Shown: positions 38,558-49,646, counted from the stretch's first letter. The stretch: 64,000 nt of DNA from Candidatus Zixiibacteriota bacterium (GCA_022571985.1 JACZWU010000003.1:120860-184859), one strand, 5' to 3'. The notes: a model not told the origin generated them from the sequence alone. Numbers and translations are program-made.

Positions 38558-40003
38558 TCATTTTCGCTTCGGTTTATAATAATGAGTCGACTGTCCTTCA
38601 AACATCTCAGCCGCCTCCATAACTGTTTCTGAAAGAGTCGGATGGGGATGAATGGTCAGCTCTAAGTCTGAAGCAAGAGCTGCCATTTCAATCGCCAGAA
38701 CGCCCTCTGTGATAAGCTCGCCGGCGCGTGGGCCGGCAATGCCGACACCCAGAATACGGCCGGTTTTGGCATCAACTATATGTTTGGTGAGACCATCGGA
38801 GCGGTCAAGGGTTACCGCCCGCCCCGAAGCTCTCCAGGGGAATTTTAAAATTTTAACATCCCGCCCCGATGCTTTGGCCTCTGTTTCGGTCAGTCCGCAC
38901 CAGGCAATTTCAGGATCTGTAAAAACTACGGCCGGGATTGCTTTCGGTTCAAAGACCGTTTTTCTGCCTGCGATTACTTCCACCGCTACTTTGCCTTCAT
39001 GCGAAGCCTTATGCGCCAGCATCGGCTCTCCGGCAACGTCGCCAATAGCAAAAACCGAGCTTTCAGCTGTGCGGCGCTGTAAGTCTATTTTTATAAAACC
39101 AAACTTATCTGTTTCTGCCTTTATGTTTTCAAGACCAATATTTTTTGAATTCGGCTGGCGGCCGATTGATATCAAAACTTTACCAAACAGCTGTTCTTTC
39201 TTTTCTGTTTGGCTACCATCGTCACTCTCGAAACTTACCTTGATACCGCTTTTTTCTTCTTTAAGACCGACAACTTTTGTTTTAAGCAAAATGCTGTCAA
39301 ATATGTTTTCAATTCTTTTGAATAGCTCTGCTGCCAAATCACGGTCGGCTCCGGGTAAAATTCCATCGGTCATTTCCACAACCGTAACTTTGGAGCCAAG
39401 TGCGGCATAAACTGTCCCCATTTCCAGGCCAATATAGCCTCCGCCAATTACCAGTAGACTTTTGGGAACATTATCCAAGTTAAGAGCCGTGGTTGAGTCC
39501 AGTACATTTTTGCTGTCGATTGAAATGCCGGGAATTTGTGATGGCGAAGAACCGGTGGCTATGATGGCGTTTTCAAACGACAGCTTATAAGATTCGTTGT
39601 CGTTAATTTTTATTTTGAGCGTGCCGGAATTTTCAAAAGTTGCCAGTCCTCGTAGATGCTCGACTTTTCTAAGTTTGGCCAGTTGTCCTACTCCGCCGGT
39701 TAATTTGCTGACGACATCGTCTTTCCAGCTTCGAAGTTTACTCAGATCTATTTTAGGTTTGCCAAAATCTATCCCGAAGTTTTTAGCGTGCTCTGCTTCG
39801 CGAATAATTTCCGCCGCGTGTAAAAGTGCCTTTGATGGAATGCAGCCGTGATAGAGACAGACTCCGCCGGGGTTCAGCTCGGGGTCAACAATTGTAACTT
39901 TCATGCCCAAATCAGCAGCATGAAAAGCTGCCACATAGCCTCCCGGTCCGCCCCCGATGACTACTAACTGTGTCGATTTATCTTTGGCGTTTACAACTGT
40001 CAT
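38558..40003 (-). CDS. lpdA: Dihydrolipoyl dehydrogenase (E3)
   Basis: GGGPGGY, GGVCLYHGCIPSK, GGGYIGLE, HPHPTLSE. Confidence 0.97.
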   Translation of the reverse strand: MTVVNAKDKSTQLVVIGGGPGGYVAAFHAADLGMKVTIVDPELNPGGVCLYHGCIPSKALLHAAEIIREAEHAKNFGIDFGKPKIDLSKLRSWKDDVVSKLTGGVGQLAKLRKVEHLRGLATFENSGTLKIKINDNESYKLSFENAIIATGSSPSQIPGISIDSKNVLDSTTALNLDNVPKSLLVIGGGYIGLEMGTVYAALGSKVTVVEMTDGILPGADRDLAAELFKRIENIFDSILLKTKVVGLKEEKSGIKVSFESDDGSQTEKKEQLFGKVLISIGRQPNSKNIGLENIKAETDKFGFIKIDLQRRTAESSVFAIGDVAGEPMLAHKASHEGKVAVEVIAGRKTVFEPKAIPAVVFTDPEIAWCGLTETEAKASGRDVKILKFPWRASGRAVTLDRSDGLTKHIVDAKTGRILGVGIAGPRAGELITEGVLAIEMAALASDLELTIHPHPTLSETVMEAAEMFEGQSTHYYKPKRK

Positions 40004-40012
40004 TTATCAATT

Positions 40013-41335
40013 CTATTTATCCACGAACAATGTTAAAGGATGTTCAACCGCTTCGCAGACCCAGCGCATAAAACGGGCGGCATCGGCGCCGTCGTTGGCA
40101 CGATGGTCGTACGACAGTGACAAAGGCATAATCAGTCTCGGCACAAATTCGCCGTTGACATAGACCTGCTGCATAGAGGCTCTGCTGACGCCCAGAATAG
40201 CCACTTGCGGCCAGAGAACTATCGGGGTGAAATTTATGCCGCCGATTCCCCCTTGATTTGAAATAGTAAATGTGCCGCCATCGAGTTCGTCCGGGCTGAT
40301 TTTTTTAGCGCGGGTACGCTCGGCTATATCTATCAGTTCTCTGGCAAGCTCGACTATGCTTTTACTATTAATATCGCGAATGACCGGCACCAGAAGGCCC
40401 CGGTCGGTATCCGCGGCAATTCCGATATTGCAGTATTTTCTGTATACAATTTCACTGGTCGCGTCATCTATACTGGCATTAAAGCGGGGAAATTTAATAA
40501 CTGCCTCGGCGATAACTTTCATCAGTATCGAAGTTACCGTAAGTTTGACTCCGTCATTTTTGTGGCGCTTATTAAATGTCTTGCGAAATTCTTCAAGCTG
40601 AGTTATATCGGCCTGATCAAACTGGGTAACGTGGGGAATTATTGACCAGGAATAGCCGGTACCTTTGGCAATAAGCTCTCTGACGCGGGACATTTTTTCT
40701 CTTTCAATTTCTCCCCACTTGCTTAAATCCGGCAGAGGCATAAACTGACGGGCGCCGGATGGTTCTGCGCCTCTGGCCAGTACCAGGCGTTTTACAAAGG
40801 CTTTAACATCTTCGTCGGTAATACGCTCTCCCGGACCGGTTCCGGAAACTTTGTTGATATCCGCTCCCAGCTCCCGCGCTAAACGCCTGACAGTGGGCGA
40901 TGCCGGAGCAGAATCAGACGCTACCGGTATATCTTTAAGCGGCTCTGCTTTAGTTTTTACTAAAGCCGGAGCTTCTGCTTTTATTTTTTCCAGTGCTTCT
41001 TGTTTTGGTTTGCTGGCTGCAGGCTCTTTTTCTTTTTCATCTGTAACAGTCGGAGCAGACTTTTCTTTTGCTTTTTCTATTTTAGACTGAGCGGCAACTT
41101 CGGTTTCGATTTTTATTATAACTTTGCCAATACTTACGGTATCACCTTTGGCAATCAAAATTTCGCTGACTGTTCCCGCAAACGGCGAGGGAATATCAAC
41201 TACCGCTTTGTCGGTTTCAAACTCAATTAAGCCCTGCTCTTCTTTGACCAGCTCACCTTCGGCAACTAAAATATCAATCACAGTCCCTTCGGTAATGTTT
41301 TCACCTATATCAGGAATACTGACTTCTTTAATCAT
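40013..41335 (-). CDS. aceF: Dihydrolipoamide acetyltransferase (E2), single lipoyl domain
   Basis: ETDKA lipoyl site, ASP.VRRLARELG, GGTFTISN.G, SYDHR..DG. Confidence 0.92.
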   Translation of the reverse strand: MIKEVSIPDIGENITEGTVIDILVAEGELVKEEQGLIEFETDKAVVDIPSPFAGTVSEILIAKGDTVSIGKVIIKIETEVAAQSKIEKAKEKSAPTVTDEKEKEPAASKPKQEALEKIKAEAPALVKTKAEPLKDIPVASDSAPASPTVRRLARELGADINKVSGTGPGERITDEDVKAFVKRLVLARGAEPSGARQFMPLPDLSKWGEIEREKMSRVRELIAKGTGYSWSIIPHVTQFDQADITQLEEFRKTFNKRHKNDGVKLTVTSILMKVIAEAVIKFPRFNASIDDATSEIVYRKYCNIGIAADTDRGLLVPVIRDINSKSIVELARELIDIAERTRAKKISPDELDGGTFTISNQGGIGGINFTPIVLWPQVAILGVSRASMQQVYVNGEFVPRLIMPLSLSYDHRANDGADAARFMRWVCEAVEHPLTLFVDK

Positions 41336-44003
41336 GGTGCGGATTCAATTTTTGAGGATTAATGTCTAAGTCTTTGTACGCTTTGGTAACTACAGATTTT
41401 TCAACTGTGCCCTGTTCGGCCAGCTGAGTTAGGGCAGCTATGGTTACAAAGCGGTGATCGATTTCGAAGAAGTTTCTGAGCGCAACTCTGGAAGCAGAGC
41501 GGCCGTAGCCATCGGTGCCCAGTGCTGCCAGTGGTCCGGGCAGCCACTTGGCGATTGAGCAGGGCAGCGATTTTAGATAATCAGACGAGGCGACAAAGAC
41601 GCCGGTTTCGTCTTTGAGTACTTCAGAAATATACGGAAGTTTCTGCTCTTTATCGGGGTTCAGCAGATTCCATCTCTCGGTCTCTATGGCATCGTGATAA
41701 AGTTCTTTGTAACTGGTCACGCTCCAGACATCGGCTGAGACGTCATATCTTTCTTCAAGAATTTTCTGTGCCTTTATGACTTCGTTGATAATTGTGCCGC
41801 TGCCAAATAAGTGCGCTTTACTTTTAGATGGATGCGATGATTTGCTGAAGCGATAGATGCCTTTCAATATGCCTTCTTCTGAATCCTCTGGCATCTTTGG
41901 CATTTTGTAGGTTTCATTCATAACGGTCAGGTAATAAAACAGATCTTCCTGTTTGACGAACATTCTGTTTATACCCTCTTTGATGATAACAGCCAGTTCA
42001 TAGGCAAAGGCCGGGTCGTATGCTTTCATGTTAGGCAGCGCGTAGGCATAGACGTGGCTGTGACCGTCCTGATGCTGCAGTCCCTCGCCGTGCAGGGTGG
42101 TTCTGCCGGCTGTACCGCCTAATAGAAAACCGCGCACCTGAATATCTCCGGCAGCCCAGATAAGATCGCCAATTCTCTGAAAACCAAACATTGAGTAAAA
42201 AATAAAAAATGGAATCATATTAATGCCGTGCGAGGCATAGGCGGTGCCGGCAGCAATGAATGATGACATTGAACCGGCTTCTGTAATTCCTTCTTCTAAA
42301 ATCTGACCATCAGTCGCTTCTTTGTAATAGAGCAGCGTTTCTCTGTCAACCGGCTCATAAAGCTGACCGACCCGTGAGTAAATGCCGACTTTTCTGAAAA
42401 GAGATTCCATGCCAAAGGTACGGGCTTCATCCGGTACAATCGGAACTACATATTTGCCGATTTTCTTGTCAGCCAAAAGTTTTGACAAAAGCTGTACGAC
42501 TACCATGGTAGTGGCAACTTCCCGCTCACCGCTGCCTTCATAAAATTCTGAAAAAATTTCGTCGGGAGGAGGTTTAATCGGGTCGACAGACACGATTCGC
42601 CTCGGTACAAAGCCCCCTAACTCTTCTCTGCGCGCGCGCAGATATTGCATCTCTTCACTATCGTTGGCAGGTTTATAAAAAGGCGCTTCGGCTACATCGG
42701 CATCTGAAATTGGAATGCCGAATCTGGTACGGAAGTCACGCAGTTCCTGTTCGTTCAACTTTTTTTGCTGGTGGGTAACATTTCTGCCCTCACCCGCTTC
42801 ACCCAGCCCGTAACCTTTGATAGTTTTGGCAAGTATCACGGTCGGCTGGCCGGTATGTTCGACTGCTTTTTTGTAAGCTGCGTAAACTTTTTCCGGATCG
42901 TGCCCGCCGCGATTGAGCTTGTGCAGCTGTTCATCGGATAAATTACTGACCATTTCAGTCAGCTTCTCATATTTTCCGAAAAAACGCTCTCTGATATATT
43001 TACCACCGGAAACCGAATATTTCTGGTAATCGCCGTCAACAGCTTCTTCCATTCTTTTTACCAGAGTGCCGTCATCGTCCTGCTCAAAAAGCGGGTCCCA
43101 GCCGTCTCCCCAGATAACTTTGATAACATTCCAGCCTGCCCCGCGGAAAGCAGCTTCAAACTCCTGAATAACTTTGCCGTTACCCCGGACAGGTCCGTCG
43201 AGTCGCTGAAGATTGCAATTCACTACAAAAATCAGATTATCCAGCTTTTCACGGGAGGCCAGGGTGATGGCTCCCAGCGATTCCGGTTCATCCAGTTCTC
43301 CGTCGCCCAAAAAAGTCCAGACTTTGGGGCCATCAGTATCTTTTATACCTCTGTCTCGCAGATAGTGATTGAATCTGGCCTGATAGATAGCCATTATTGA
43401 TGACAGCCCCATTGAAACTGTCGGGAACTCCCAGAAGTCCGGCATCAGGCGGGGATGCGGATACGACGAAAGACCGCCACCATCACTTAGTTCACGCCGG
43501 AAATTTTCCAGATGCTTGAGAGTCAGCCTGCCTTCTAAAAAGGCCCGGGCATAAATCCCCGGTGCGGCGTGCCCCTGGAAATATATCTGGTCACCCTGAT
43601 AATTTTCTCCTTTGCCTCTAAAAAAGTGATTGAAACCGACCTCGAGCAAAGTCGCCGCCGAGGCATAAGTTGAGATATGCCCGCCAATACCGGCCGACTG
43701 GCGGTTGGCCCGGACCACCATAGCCATCGCGTTCCAGCGGATAATGCTCTTTATGCGGCGTTCGATTTTGCGGTTGCCGGGATAGACCGGTTGTTCCTCG
43801 ACCGAAATCGTGTTTATATAGGGAGTGTTGGCGGTAAATTGTAGGGGCACGCCAAGCTGCTGCGCCCGCAGCTGGAGTTTTTTCAAAAGCTCCACCACTC
43901 GCTTGGGTCCCTGGTTTTGATAGATATAATCTATCGATTCCAGCCACTCTTTATTTTCAAATTCTAACTGTTTGACTATATCATGCGGGTCTTTGACGGC
44001 CAT
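41328..44003 (-). CDS. aceE: Pyruvate dehydrogenase E1, homodimeric type
   Basis: IRWNA.AMV, GLSSYPHP.LMP.FWEFPTVSMGL, GDGE.DEPES, NCNLQRLDGPVRGNGK, GEGLQHQDG. Confidence 0.97.
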   Translation of the reverse strand: MAVKDPHDIVKQLEFENKEWLESIDYIYQNQGPKRVVELLKKLQLRAQQLGVPLQFTANTPYINTISVEEQPVYPGNRKIERRIKSIIRWNAMAMVVRANRQSAGIGGHISTYASAATLLEVGFNHFFRGKGENYQGDQIYFQGHAAPGIYARAFLEGRLTLKHLENFRRELSDGGGLSSYPHPRLMPDFWEFPTVSMGLSSIMAIYQARFNHYLRDRGIKDTDGPKVWTFLGDGELDEPESLGAITLASREKLDNLIFVVNCNLQRLDGPVRGNGKVIQEFEAAFRGAGWNVIKVIWGDGWDPLFEQDDDGTLVKRMEEAVDGDYQKYSVSGGKYIRERFFGKYEKLTEMVSNLSDEQLHKLNRGGHDPEKVYAAYKKAVEHTGQPTVILAKTIKGYGLGEAGEGRNVTHQQKKLNEQELRDFRTRFGIPISDADVAEAPFYKPANDSEEMQYLRARREELGGFVPRRIVSVDPIKPPPDEIFSEFYEGSGEREVATTMVVVQLLSKLLADKKIGKYVVPIVPDEARTFGMESLFRKVGIYSRVGQLYEPVDRETLLYYKEATDGQILEEGITEAGSMSSFIAAGTAYASHGINMIPFFIFYSMFGFQRIGDLIWAAGDIQVRGFLLGGTAGRTTLHGEGLQHQDGHSHVYAYALPNMKAYDPAFAYELAVIIKEGINRMFVKQEDLFYYLTVMNETYKMPKMPEDSEEGILKGIYRFSKSSHPSKSKAHLFGSGTIINEVIKAQKILEERYDVSADVWSVTSYKELYHDAIETERWNLLNPDKEQKLPYISEVLKDETGVFVASSDYLKSLPCSIAKWLPGPLAALGTDGYGRSASRVALRNFFEIDHRFVTIAALTQLAEQGTVEKSVVTKAYKDLDINPQKLNPHHD

Positions 44004-44411
44004 AGCTCTTTCCTCGTTTTGGGTGCGCTGCTGTAAATTTATTGTATCAGCGGCATTTTATTCAGCATAATTTAACAATTGCCAGCGGCAGTCTCAACAA
44101 GTTTTATTGCTTAAGATTGTCATTATCTGGGGGGAAAATAGCAGCAATTTTCCGGTATGCCCATACTTTAGAAGTCGAAATCCGGTTCACAAGTCTGGCA
44201 CAAGCAAGCATGCCTCTACGCTAAGTCACATCTCTTCTTTGGTAGTCGTCCACAATGTAATACTGGCAGGCATAGCCCTACACCTTGCCATAAATTCTCA
44301 GAACAAGGCTCCATATTTCGCTTTGAAAACTGGATTCTGTTTTCTATTTTTGAGATTGAATCTATTAGATTGATCCGGGCTCAGTTTTTTTTACAACCAT
44401 AGGGAGGCACG

Positions 44412-46340
44412 ATGAGCAGGCGTGTGTATCTATTTGCTGTATTATTTCTTTGTCTAACTACAACTTTAGCTTTTGCCGGTAATAAACCAAAATGGGGCAA
44501 AATCAGTGAGGCCGAATGGGCCACTCCCCTGCCGGAGAACTATCCTGATGCGAATGTCATAATCCTTTTCGATATTGGCGAGATGGAAATCGAACCGGAC
44601 GGCATCTCTTTTTATCGGCATGTTCGTATGAAAGTATTTAATGACGCCGGCGCCAAAGAAGTGGGAGATATTGCCATCTGGTATCGGAAGGGTGATAAGA
44701 TCAAAAGTCTCAAGGCTCACACTATAACACCCGACGGAAAAAAGCATAAAGTTAAAGGCGGCAATATTCAAAAACAAGAGCATGGCAATAGCCGTACCAA
44801 AACTTTTTCTTTTCCCCATGTCGAGCCGGGTGCTATTTTAGAATACAAATTCCGCAATTTTAACGATCGTTTTTCGGCACTGGATTCCTGGGAATTTCAT
44901 AACAAGCAATACACGCTTTCTTCACAATTTTCACTGACGCTGGCACCGGGGTTTATTTATTCATCCGCTTACAATAATATCCCTTTGCCATTTCAGGAAC
45001 CAACCGAAGAAATTAACGCACTGAACAAATATAAAACCTTTACCTGGACAATGACCAATTTACCTCCTTTGCGCGATGAGCCAATGAGCGGCGCCATTTA
45101 CAATTTCGAATCATCGTTGAAAAACCAGCTTGTTTCCTACACCAGCGCCTATCAGTTTGTAGCTTTTGTGGAAGGCTGGCAGGATCTTGGTGAAGTTTTC
45201 ACTAAGCAAGTGATTAAGAAATATATAAGAAAAAGCAAAGGGTTAAAAGAACTTGTGGCATCTTTGACAGCAGACGCTGTAGACGAAGACGCCAAAGCGC
45301 TGGCCATATATAAATTTGTACGTGACAGTATACAGACTACCAAAGCCGACGTCAGTACCTGGTTTTATAATGACAACGTTGAAAAAGCGCTGAAAACCAG
45401 AGAAGGTACCGTAGAGGAAAAAAATGTGCTGCTGGTTGCCATGTGCCGCCAGGCCGGCTTTCAGTCGTGGCCGGTTCTTATTGCTACCAGTGACTATGGC
45501 GTCTTCAGCCCGAAACTTTATCAGCTGAGTCAGTTTAATCATATTATTGCAGTAGTGGATTTTTCCGATGGCGGCGCTATTGTTGATGCTTCCAGTAAGT
45601 ACTGCCCTTTTGGCGTCTTGCCGCCGACCTGTCTTGTCGATGGAGGATTTTTATTGGACGGTGAAAAGTCTAAAATAATTACGATCAGGCCGGCCCCGCC
45701 AAAAAGTTACCGGCTCGATAATAATTATATTACAATTGATGACTCCGGCCTGGTACACTGTTCGACAGCAATAACGCTTAGCGGTTACTTTACCCACAGA
45801 TTTGGCGAACAAATCGAAACAAACGAAGAAGAGGATTTTATTGAAGATGTTCTGCTGGCTGACCTTGAGGCAGAGTTTGATCTGATAGATTTTGGAATTG
45901 AACAGAAAAGAGAAGAACAGGTAATCGAAATTTTTGCAACCTACACCAGCAAAGATTTGGTAGAGGTTCTTGACGGCAACTTGTTTTTCACACAACCAAC
46001 TCTGGTACTTAACACCAATCCCTTTGTTGATAAAAAGAGATTTTTCCCTATAGATTTTCAGTTTCCGTGCACTTACCATACTAAAACCAGTTATTCGGTA
46101 TCCTCAAAATATACTCCGGTAGACATGCCCAAAGATATCAATTCTAAAACCTCTATCCTGAATTTTCACAGAGTCAGCTTTGTTGACAGCTTCAATGTGA
46201 TAATCGAAAGCAGGCTGGTTATTAACAGCACCCTGGTCGGTCCGGTCTATTATGAAGGAATCAGAAGGATTTTCGAAGAAATTGAGCAGGCCAACAAAGA
46301 ACAGATTGTTTTTGCACCGGTTGAAATCAAGAATGACTAA
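44412..46340 (+). CDS. DUF3857/transglutaminase-like exported protein (no catalytic Cys)
   Basis: Signal peptide; F.FP.V..G.ILEY; GTVEEKN where the paralog has GDCKD; FNHII. Confidence 0.82.
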   Translation: MSRRVYLFAVLFLCLTTTLAFAGNKPKWGKISEAEWATPLPENYPDANVIILFDIGEMEIEPDGISFYRHVRMKVFNDAGAKEVGDIAIWYRKGDKIKSLKAHTITPDGKKHKVKGGNIQKQEHGNSRTKTFSFPHVEPGAILEYKFRNFNDRFSALDSWEFHNKQYTLSSQFSLTLAPGFIYSSAYNNIPLPFQEPTEEINALNKYKTFTWTMTNLPPLRDEPMSGAIYNFESSLKNQLVSYTSAYQFVAFVEGWQDLGEVFTKQVIKKYIRKSKGLKELVASLTADAVDEDAKALAIYKFVRDSIQTTKADVSTWFYNDNVEKALKTREGTVEEKNVLLVAMCRQAGFQSWPVLIATSDYGVFSPKLYQLSQFNHIIAVVDFSDGGAIVDASSKYCPFGVLPPTCLVDGGFLLDGEKSKIITIRPAPPKSYRLDNNYITIDDSGLVHCSTAITLSGYFTHRFGEQIETNEEEDFIEDVLLADLEAEFDLIDFGIEQKREEQVIEIFATYTSKDLVEVLDGNLFFTQPTLVLNTNPFVDKKRFFPIDFQFPCTYHTKTSYSVSSKYTPVDMPKDINSKTSILNFHRVSFVDSFNVIIESRLVINSTLVGPVYYEGIRRIFEEIEQANKEQIVFAPVEIKND

Positions 46341-48219
46341 ATTAAATTTTTCAAAATTTACTTTCACTATATTTGTCTCTCTGATTCTGTTTACAACTGG
46401 TACCATTGCCACAGATGACAAGTCTGCCAGGTGGGACTTCATCAAAGAACATATCGAAGTTAAAGGCGAACGCGTTATAGTTCGTACGCATCGTCAGATT
46501 ACAATCAATAATGCAACCGGTGTCGAGCATTCAGTACTCTATTTTTTTGAAAATAAATTTAAACGTTTAAAAAAACTTAAAATCATACTGAAAGACTTAA
46601 ACGGTAAGACGATCAAAGAGTTAAAGAAGAAAAACTTGAAAAAAACATGCGGATTTGGCGCCTCTTTTCAAGTGTTTGATGATATTTGTTATTATAAATT
46701 TGAGCCCACCCCGAAAAGTTATCCTTTCAGTATCGAATATTCATTCGAAAAACATCTTAAGAACAAGTTTTACCTGCCGACTATTTTCATTCCTACAAAA
46801 TTGCCGATTACTTCAGTCGCCTGCACGCTTATTTATCCGGCCGGCGTCAATATCAGGCACAAAACTTATGCTCTGCCGATGGAAACGATCGAAATCAATA
46901 TTGGCAACAAAATGGCTCTAATATGGAATGGCTCGGATATCGCTCCTCTGGATTTTGATACATTGAGCGCCCTCGATTATGACAGGGCGGGACAGATAAG
47001 TCTGGTTGCGGATGAGTTTGAATTTATAAAATCCAGATTCTTTGGAGCTTCATGGAAAGAGATTGGCAGGTGGGACGCCGGCGTTATTAAAACGCGCTAC
47101 GGCTGGAACAGAATCAAAGCCGAAGAGTGTGTGACCGATTTTGATTTTGAGCTTCTGAAGAATGCTCTTGATGGTGTAACCAGTGACTACCGCTATGTCT
47201 CAATTTCTATTGGTGTTGGTGGCTGGAGACCGCGCCGGTTTGAGGATATCATAGATACCAAGTATGGGGACTGCAAAGATTTTTCGATGCTTTTAGTTCG
47301 TGAGCTTAGAAGCAAAAATGTTGAAGTATATCCGGCTAACATCTTGACTCGGTCTGATGGGAATAAGATCGATACATCTTTTCCATCCTTTAGATTTAAC
47401 CATCAAATATCGGTAGCGGTAACCTCTAATGATACTATCTGGATGGATCCGACCTGCCGGACCTGCCCGCTGGGTGTTATCCCCTGGCAAGACCAGAACA
47501 ACTACGCCCTTATAATAACCGATACCGGCGGAGTTCTGGCTCGTACTCCCACTTCAAAAGCGGAAGATAACGCCATAGTAAGAAATACGAAAATCATGGT
47601 TGACAGAAATTTGATAGTTCATTCTGAGATTGTCACAAAATATACCGGGCAATTGAGTCAGGGATGGAGGAACTCTTTTGAACAAATGACAAATCAAGAG
47701 CTTATTCAATTTGGCGAGTCAATGCTAAAGAGCAAAGGCTCCGCCTCAGAAATTATTGAGATTTCGTATCAAAATCTTGAAAATTTATATGAACCACTCT
47801 ATCTGACTATCAAAGCAAAATCTGTTAAACCACTGCGGTCTGTCAGGAATACGGTCTATCTCGACCCGTGTCTGGTGGAGCCGGGCATCTGGTTTACTGA
47901 TTCAGACTATGATCGTATTCGCCCGATAAAACTTCGCTATCCTCGTCTTGTTATAGACTCTGTCTGGCTGTCGGTTGACTCTGGTTTAACAGGAGCAGAG
48001 TTTGTGCTGCCATCGGCCGACACCTTAAGAAACGATGTCGGCTTCTGGAACATCAGCACGGACTTATCGATTTCAGGTTCTTTAAAGCAGCCGCTACTAA
48101 TTTCTGCTTATGCTCTTGAAGCTCCAGTAATAGAACCTAAGGAATTCGCACAGCTTAAAGAATTAGTGAAAACAGTAGCAAATCGAGATAAACGTCTGGT
48201 AAAAATCAAGCTGAAGTAA
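46333..48219 (+). CDS. DUF3857/transglutaminase-like exported protein (Cys-His-Asp intact)
   Basis: RYVSISIG.GGW.P, YGDCKD, FNH, WMDPT; ATG at 46333 overlaps the upstream gene end. Confidence 0.82.
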   Translation: MTKLNFSKFTFTIFVSLILFTTGTIATDDKSARWDFIKEHIEVKGERVIVRTHRQITINNATGVEHSVLYFFENKFKRLKKLKIILKDLNGKTIKELKKKNLKKTCGFGASFQVFDDICYYKFEPTPKSYPFSIEYSFEKHLKNKFYLPTIFIPTKLPITSVACTLIYPAGVNIRHKTYALPMETIEINIGNKMALIWNGSDIAPLDFDTLSALDYDRAGQISLVADEFEFIKSRFFGASWKEIGRWDAGVIKTRYGWNRIKAEECVTDFDFELLKNALDGVTSDYRYVSISIGVGGWRPRRFEDIIDTKYGDCKDFSMLLVRELRSKNVEVYPANILTRSDGNKIDTSFPSFRFNHQISVAVTSNDTIWMDPTCRTCPLGVIPWQDQNNYALIITDTGGVLARTPTSKAEDNAIVRNTKIMVDRNLIVHSEIVTKYTGQLSQGWRNSFEQMTNQELIQFGESMLKSKGSASEIIEISYQNLENLYEPLYLTIKAKSVKPLRSVRNTVYLDPCLVEPGIWFTDSDYDRIRPIKLRYPRLVIDSVWLSVDSGLTGAEFVLPSADTLRNDVGFWNISTDLSISGSLKQPLLISAYALEAPVIEPKEFAQLKELVKTVANRDKRLVKIKLK

Positions 48220-48236
48220 CTGGAGAACTTCATAGG

Positions 48237-48695
48237 TCAGTCTTTTTTCGGCCGTGTATAGACAACGCCGTGTTCAATATAGAATTTAAGCAGAGTTGCG
48301 GCTTCACCCCAGCCTGAAGCACAATCTAATATCATGGCGCGGGCTGCAGGCGTGTTCACATAGCCGTCTTCAGTTATAGTCAGAACCGTCCCGCCATGCT
48401 TTTCTTCGAGTTTGAAGCGAATAGTCGTTTCGTTACCTTTTGAACCCCATTGAAATGAGAAAAGGCTGGGTCTGTTTGCTTCGACTACTTTGCCCGGAGC
48501 AGACATACTATAAGAATCCGGTCCCCAGTCTTTCCAGCTGAAGGTGCATTCTCCGCCCGGTTTTAAGTCGAGAACCATACCAGTCGTAAAAAACTTATCC
48601 CACTCTGCTGCCGTAGTAATTGTATCATAGACTTTTTCAGGCGAGGCCGCGATAAAAGTCCGCTGCTTTATTTTGCCGTCAAAGAGCTTAGTCAT
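48237..48695 (-). CDS. SRPBCC/AHSA1-like domain protein
   Basis: I.A.PEKVY..., DLKPGG, F.W, GT.LT.TE.G, GW....LK.Y.E. Confidence 0.88.
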   Translation of the reverse strand: MTKLFDGKIKQRTFIAASPEKVYDTITTAAEWDKFFTTGMVLDLKPGGECTFSWKDWGPDSYSMSAPGKVVEANRPSLFSFQWGSKGNETTIRFKLEEKHGGTVLTITEDGYVNTPAARAMILDCASGWGEAATLLKFYIEHGVVYTRPKKD

Positions 48696-48810
48696 TTTTA
48701 AATCTCCTTACAGAATAATATGACTTTTCCGGCCAATCGCAATTTTTAATAAAAGGATGTGCTATTATTTGGATAAAAAGGCGAATCCTGCGACAATGCT
48801 ATAGAAATAT

Positions 48811-48850
48811 AAAAAATAGGGCGAAGAGCGCCATGGCCCTTCACCCTATT
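48811..48850 (-). terminator. Rho-independent terminator of the 50937-48873 operon
   Basis: Minus strand ATAGGGTGAAG...CTTCGCCCTAT followed by a T run. Confidence 0.75.
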
Positions 48851-48872
48851 ATAAATCAATTCTGATTACTAC

Positions 48873-49646
48873 TTAACCGACTCGTTTTGAACGGACTCCA
48901 AAATCCACGTTGTCTTTGACCCATTCAAAAAACCGGTCCTGCTCTTCAAAGCGTTTGTTCGGCAGTAAAATCTTGGAGTCTTTCCAGGAGACAAGAACTT
49001 CCGCATCCTGAGTCCAGATTTTAACGCGCGAACGTTTTACTTTGGTCTGCCAGTTTCTGCCCACTACTGCGTCAGTATACAAAAGACGCAAGGTGACCGA
49101 TCTGGAAAGTTTCTCAAGCGGCCTTAAGACTATGCTTGAAAAATCGGTCTTGCCGTTGCGTTTGATATCTGGAATGCCGTCGCTGAGCATTACCACCGAT
49201 ATCGGCCTGAGAGCCAGGTTTTTGTTTTTGACAGTCAGTGCAACTTGCTCAAAGAAAGCGTTGTAATCGGTAAACGGATTAGGGTTTTCCTTGGGGAAAA
49301 TTTTCCGCAACTCCGTTTCGATTTCTTTGACAGATTTATTCTGAAACGACTGGATGGGGAAAAACGTTTTTGGTTCGTTAGTTTTGGCGCCGCCAATAGA
49401 GCTGACGAACAAAACATTAGGAACTTCCATACCGCCCAGTCCGTGCAAATGACCATAGATATAGTGCGCTAAGAATTCGATAGAATCATCGAAATACTTA
49501 CCATTCATAAACGACCCGCTGATATCTACGCCCACGAACATACACAAACGCGGATTCGGTTTGCCAGTCGTCATACTGCAGCCGCTCAGGACAATTGCGG
49601 CCAGCACGATTGTCACTAACAGAGATTTATATCTGGACATTGTCAT
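48873..49646 (-). CDS. VWA-like lipoprotein
   Basis: Lipobox LSGC; MIDAS-like VDISGS, TD, VVMLSDG. Confidence 0.75.
   Translation of the reverse strand: MTMSRYKSLLVTIVLAAIVLSGCSMTTGKPNPRLCMFVGVDISGSFMNGKYFDDSIEFLAHYIYGHLHGLGGMEVPNVLFVSSIGGAKTNEPKTFFPIQSFQNKSVKEIETELRKIFPKENPNPFTDYNAFFEQVALTVKNKNLALRPISVVMLSDGIPDIKRNGKTDFSSIVLRPLEKLSRSVTLRLLYTDAVVGRNWQTKVKRSRVKIWTQDAEVLVSWKDSKILLPNKRFEEQDRFFEWVKDNVDFGVRSKRVG

Noticed and set aside
38652-39410. 252 aa plus-strand ORF and similar long antisense ORFs (fumC, lysS, kdsD, barrel genes)
   Set aside because: Ser/Pro-rich antisense shadows of well-supported genes.
38558-40003. merA (mercuric reductase) serving the MerR operon
   Set aside because: HPHPTLSE motif, no C-terminal Cys pair, and position in the aceE-aceF operon identify it as lpdA.
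44042-44373. Short ORFs in the aceE/DUF3857 divergent intergenic region
   Set aside because: No RBS or recognisable motif; likely promoter region.
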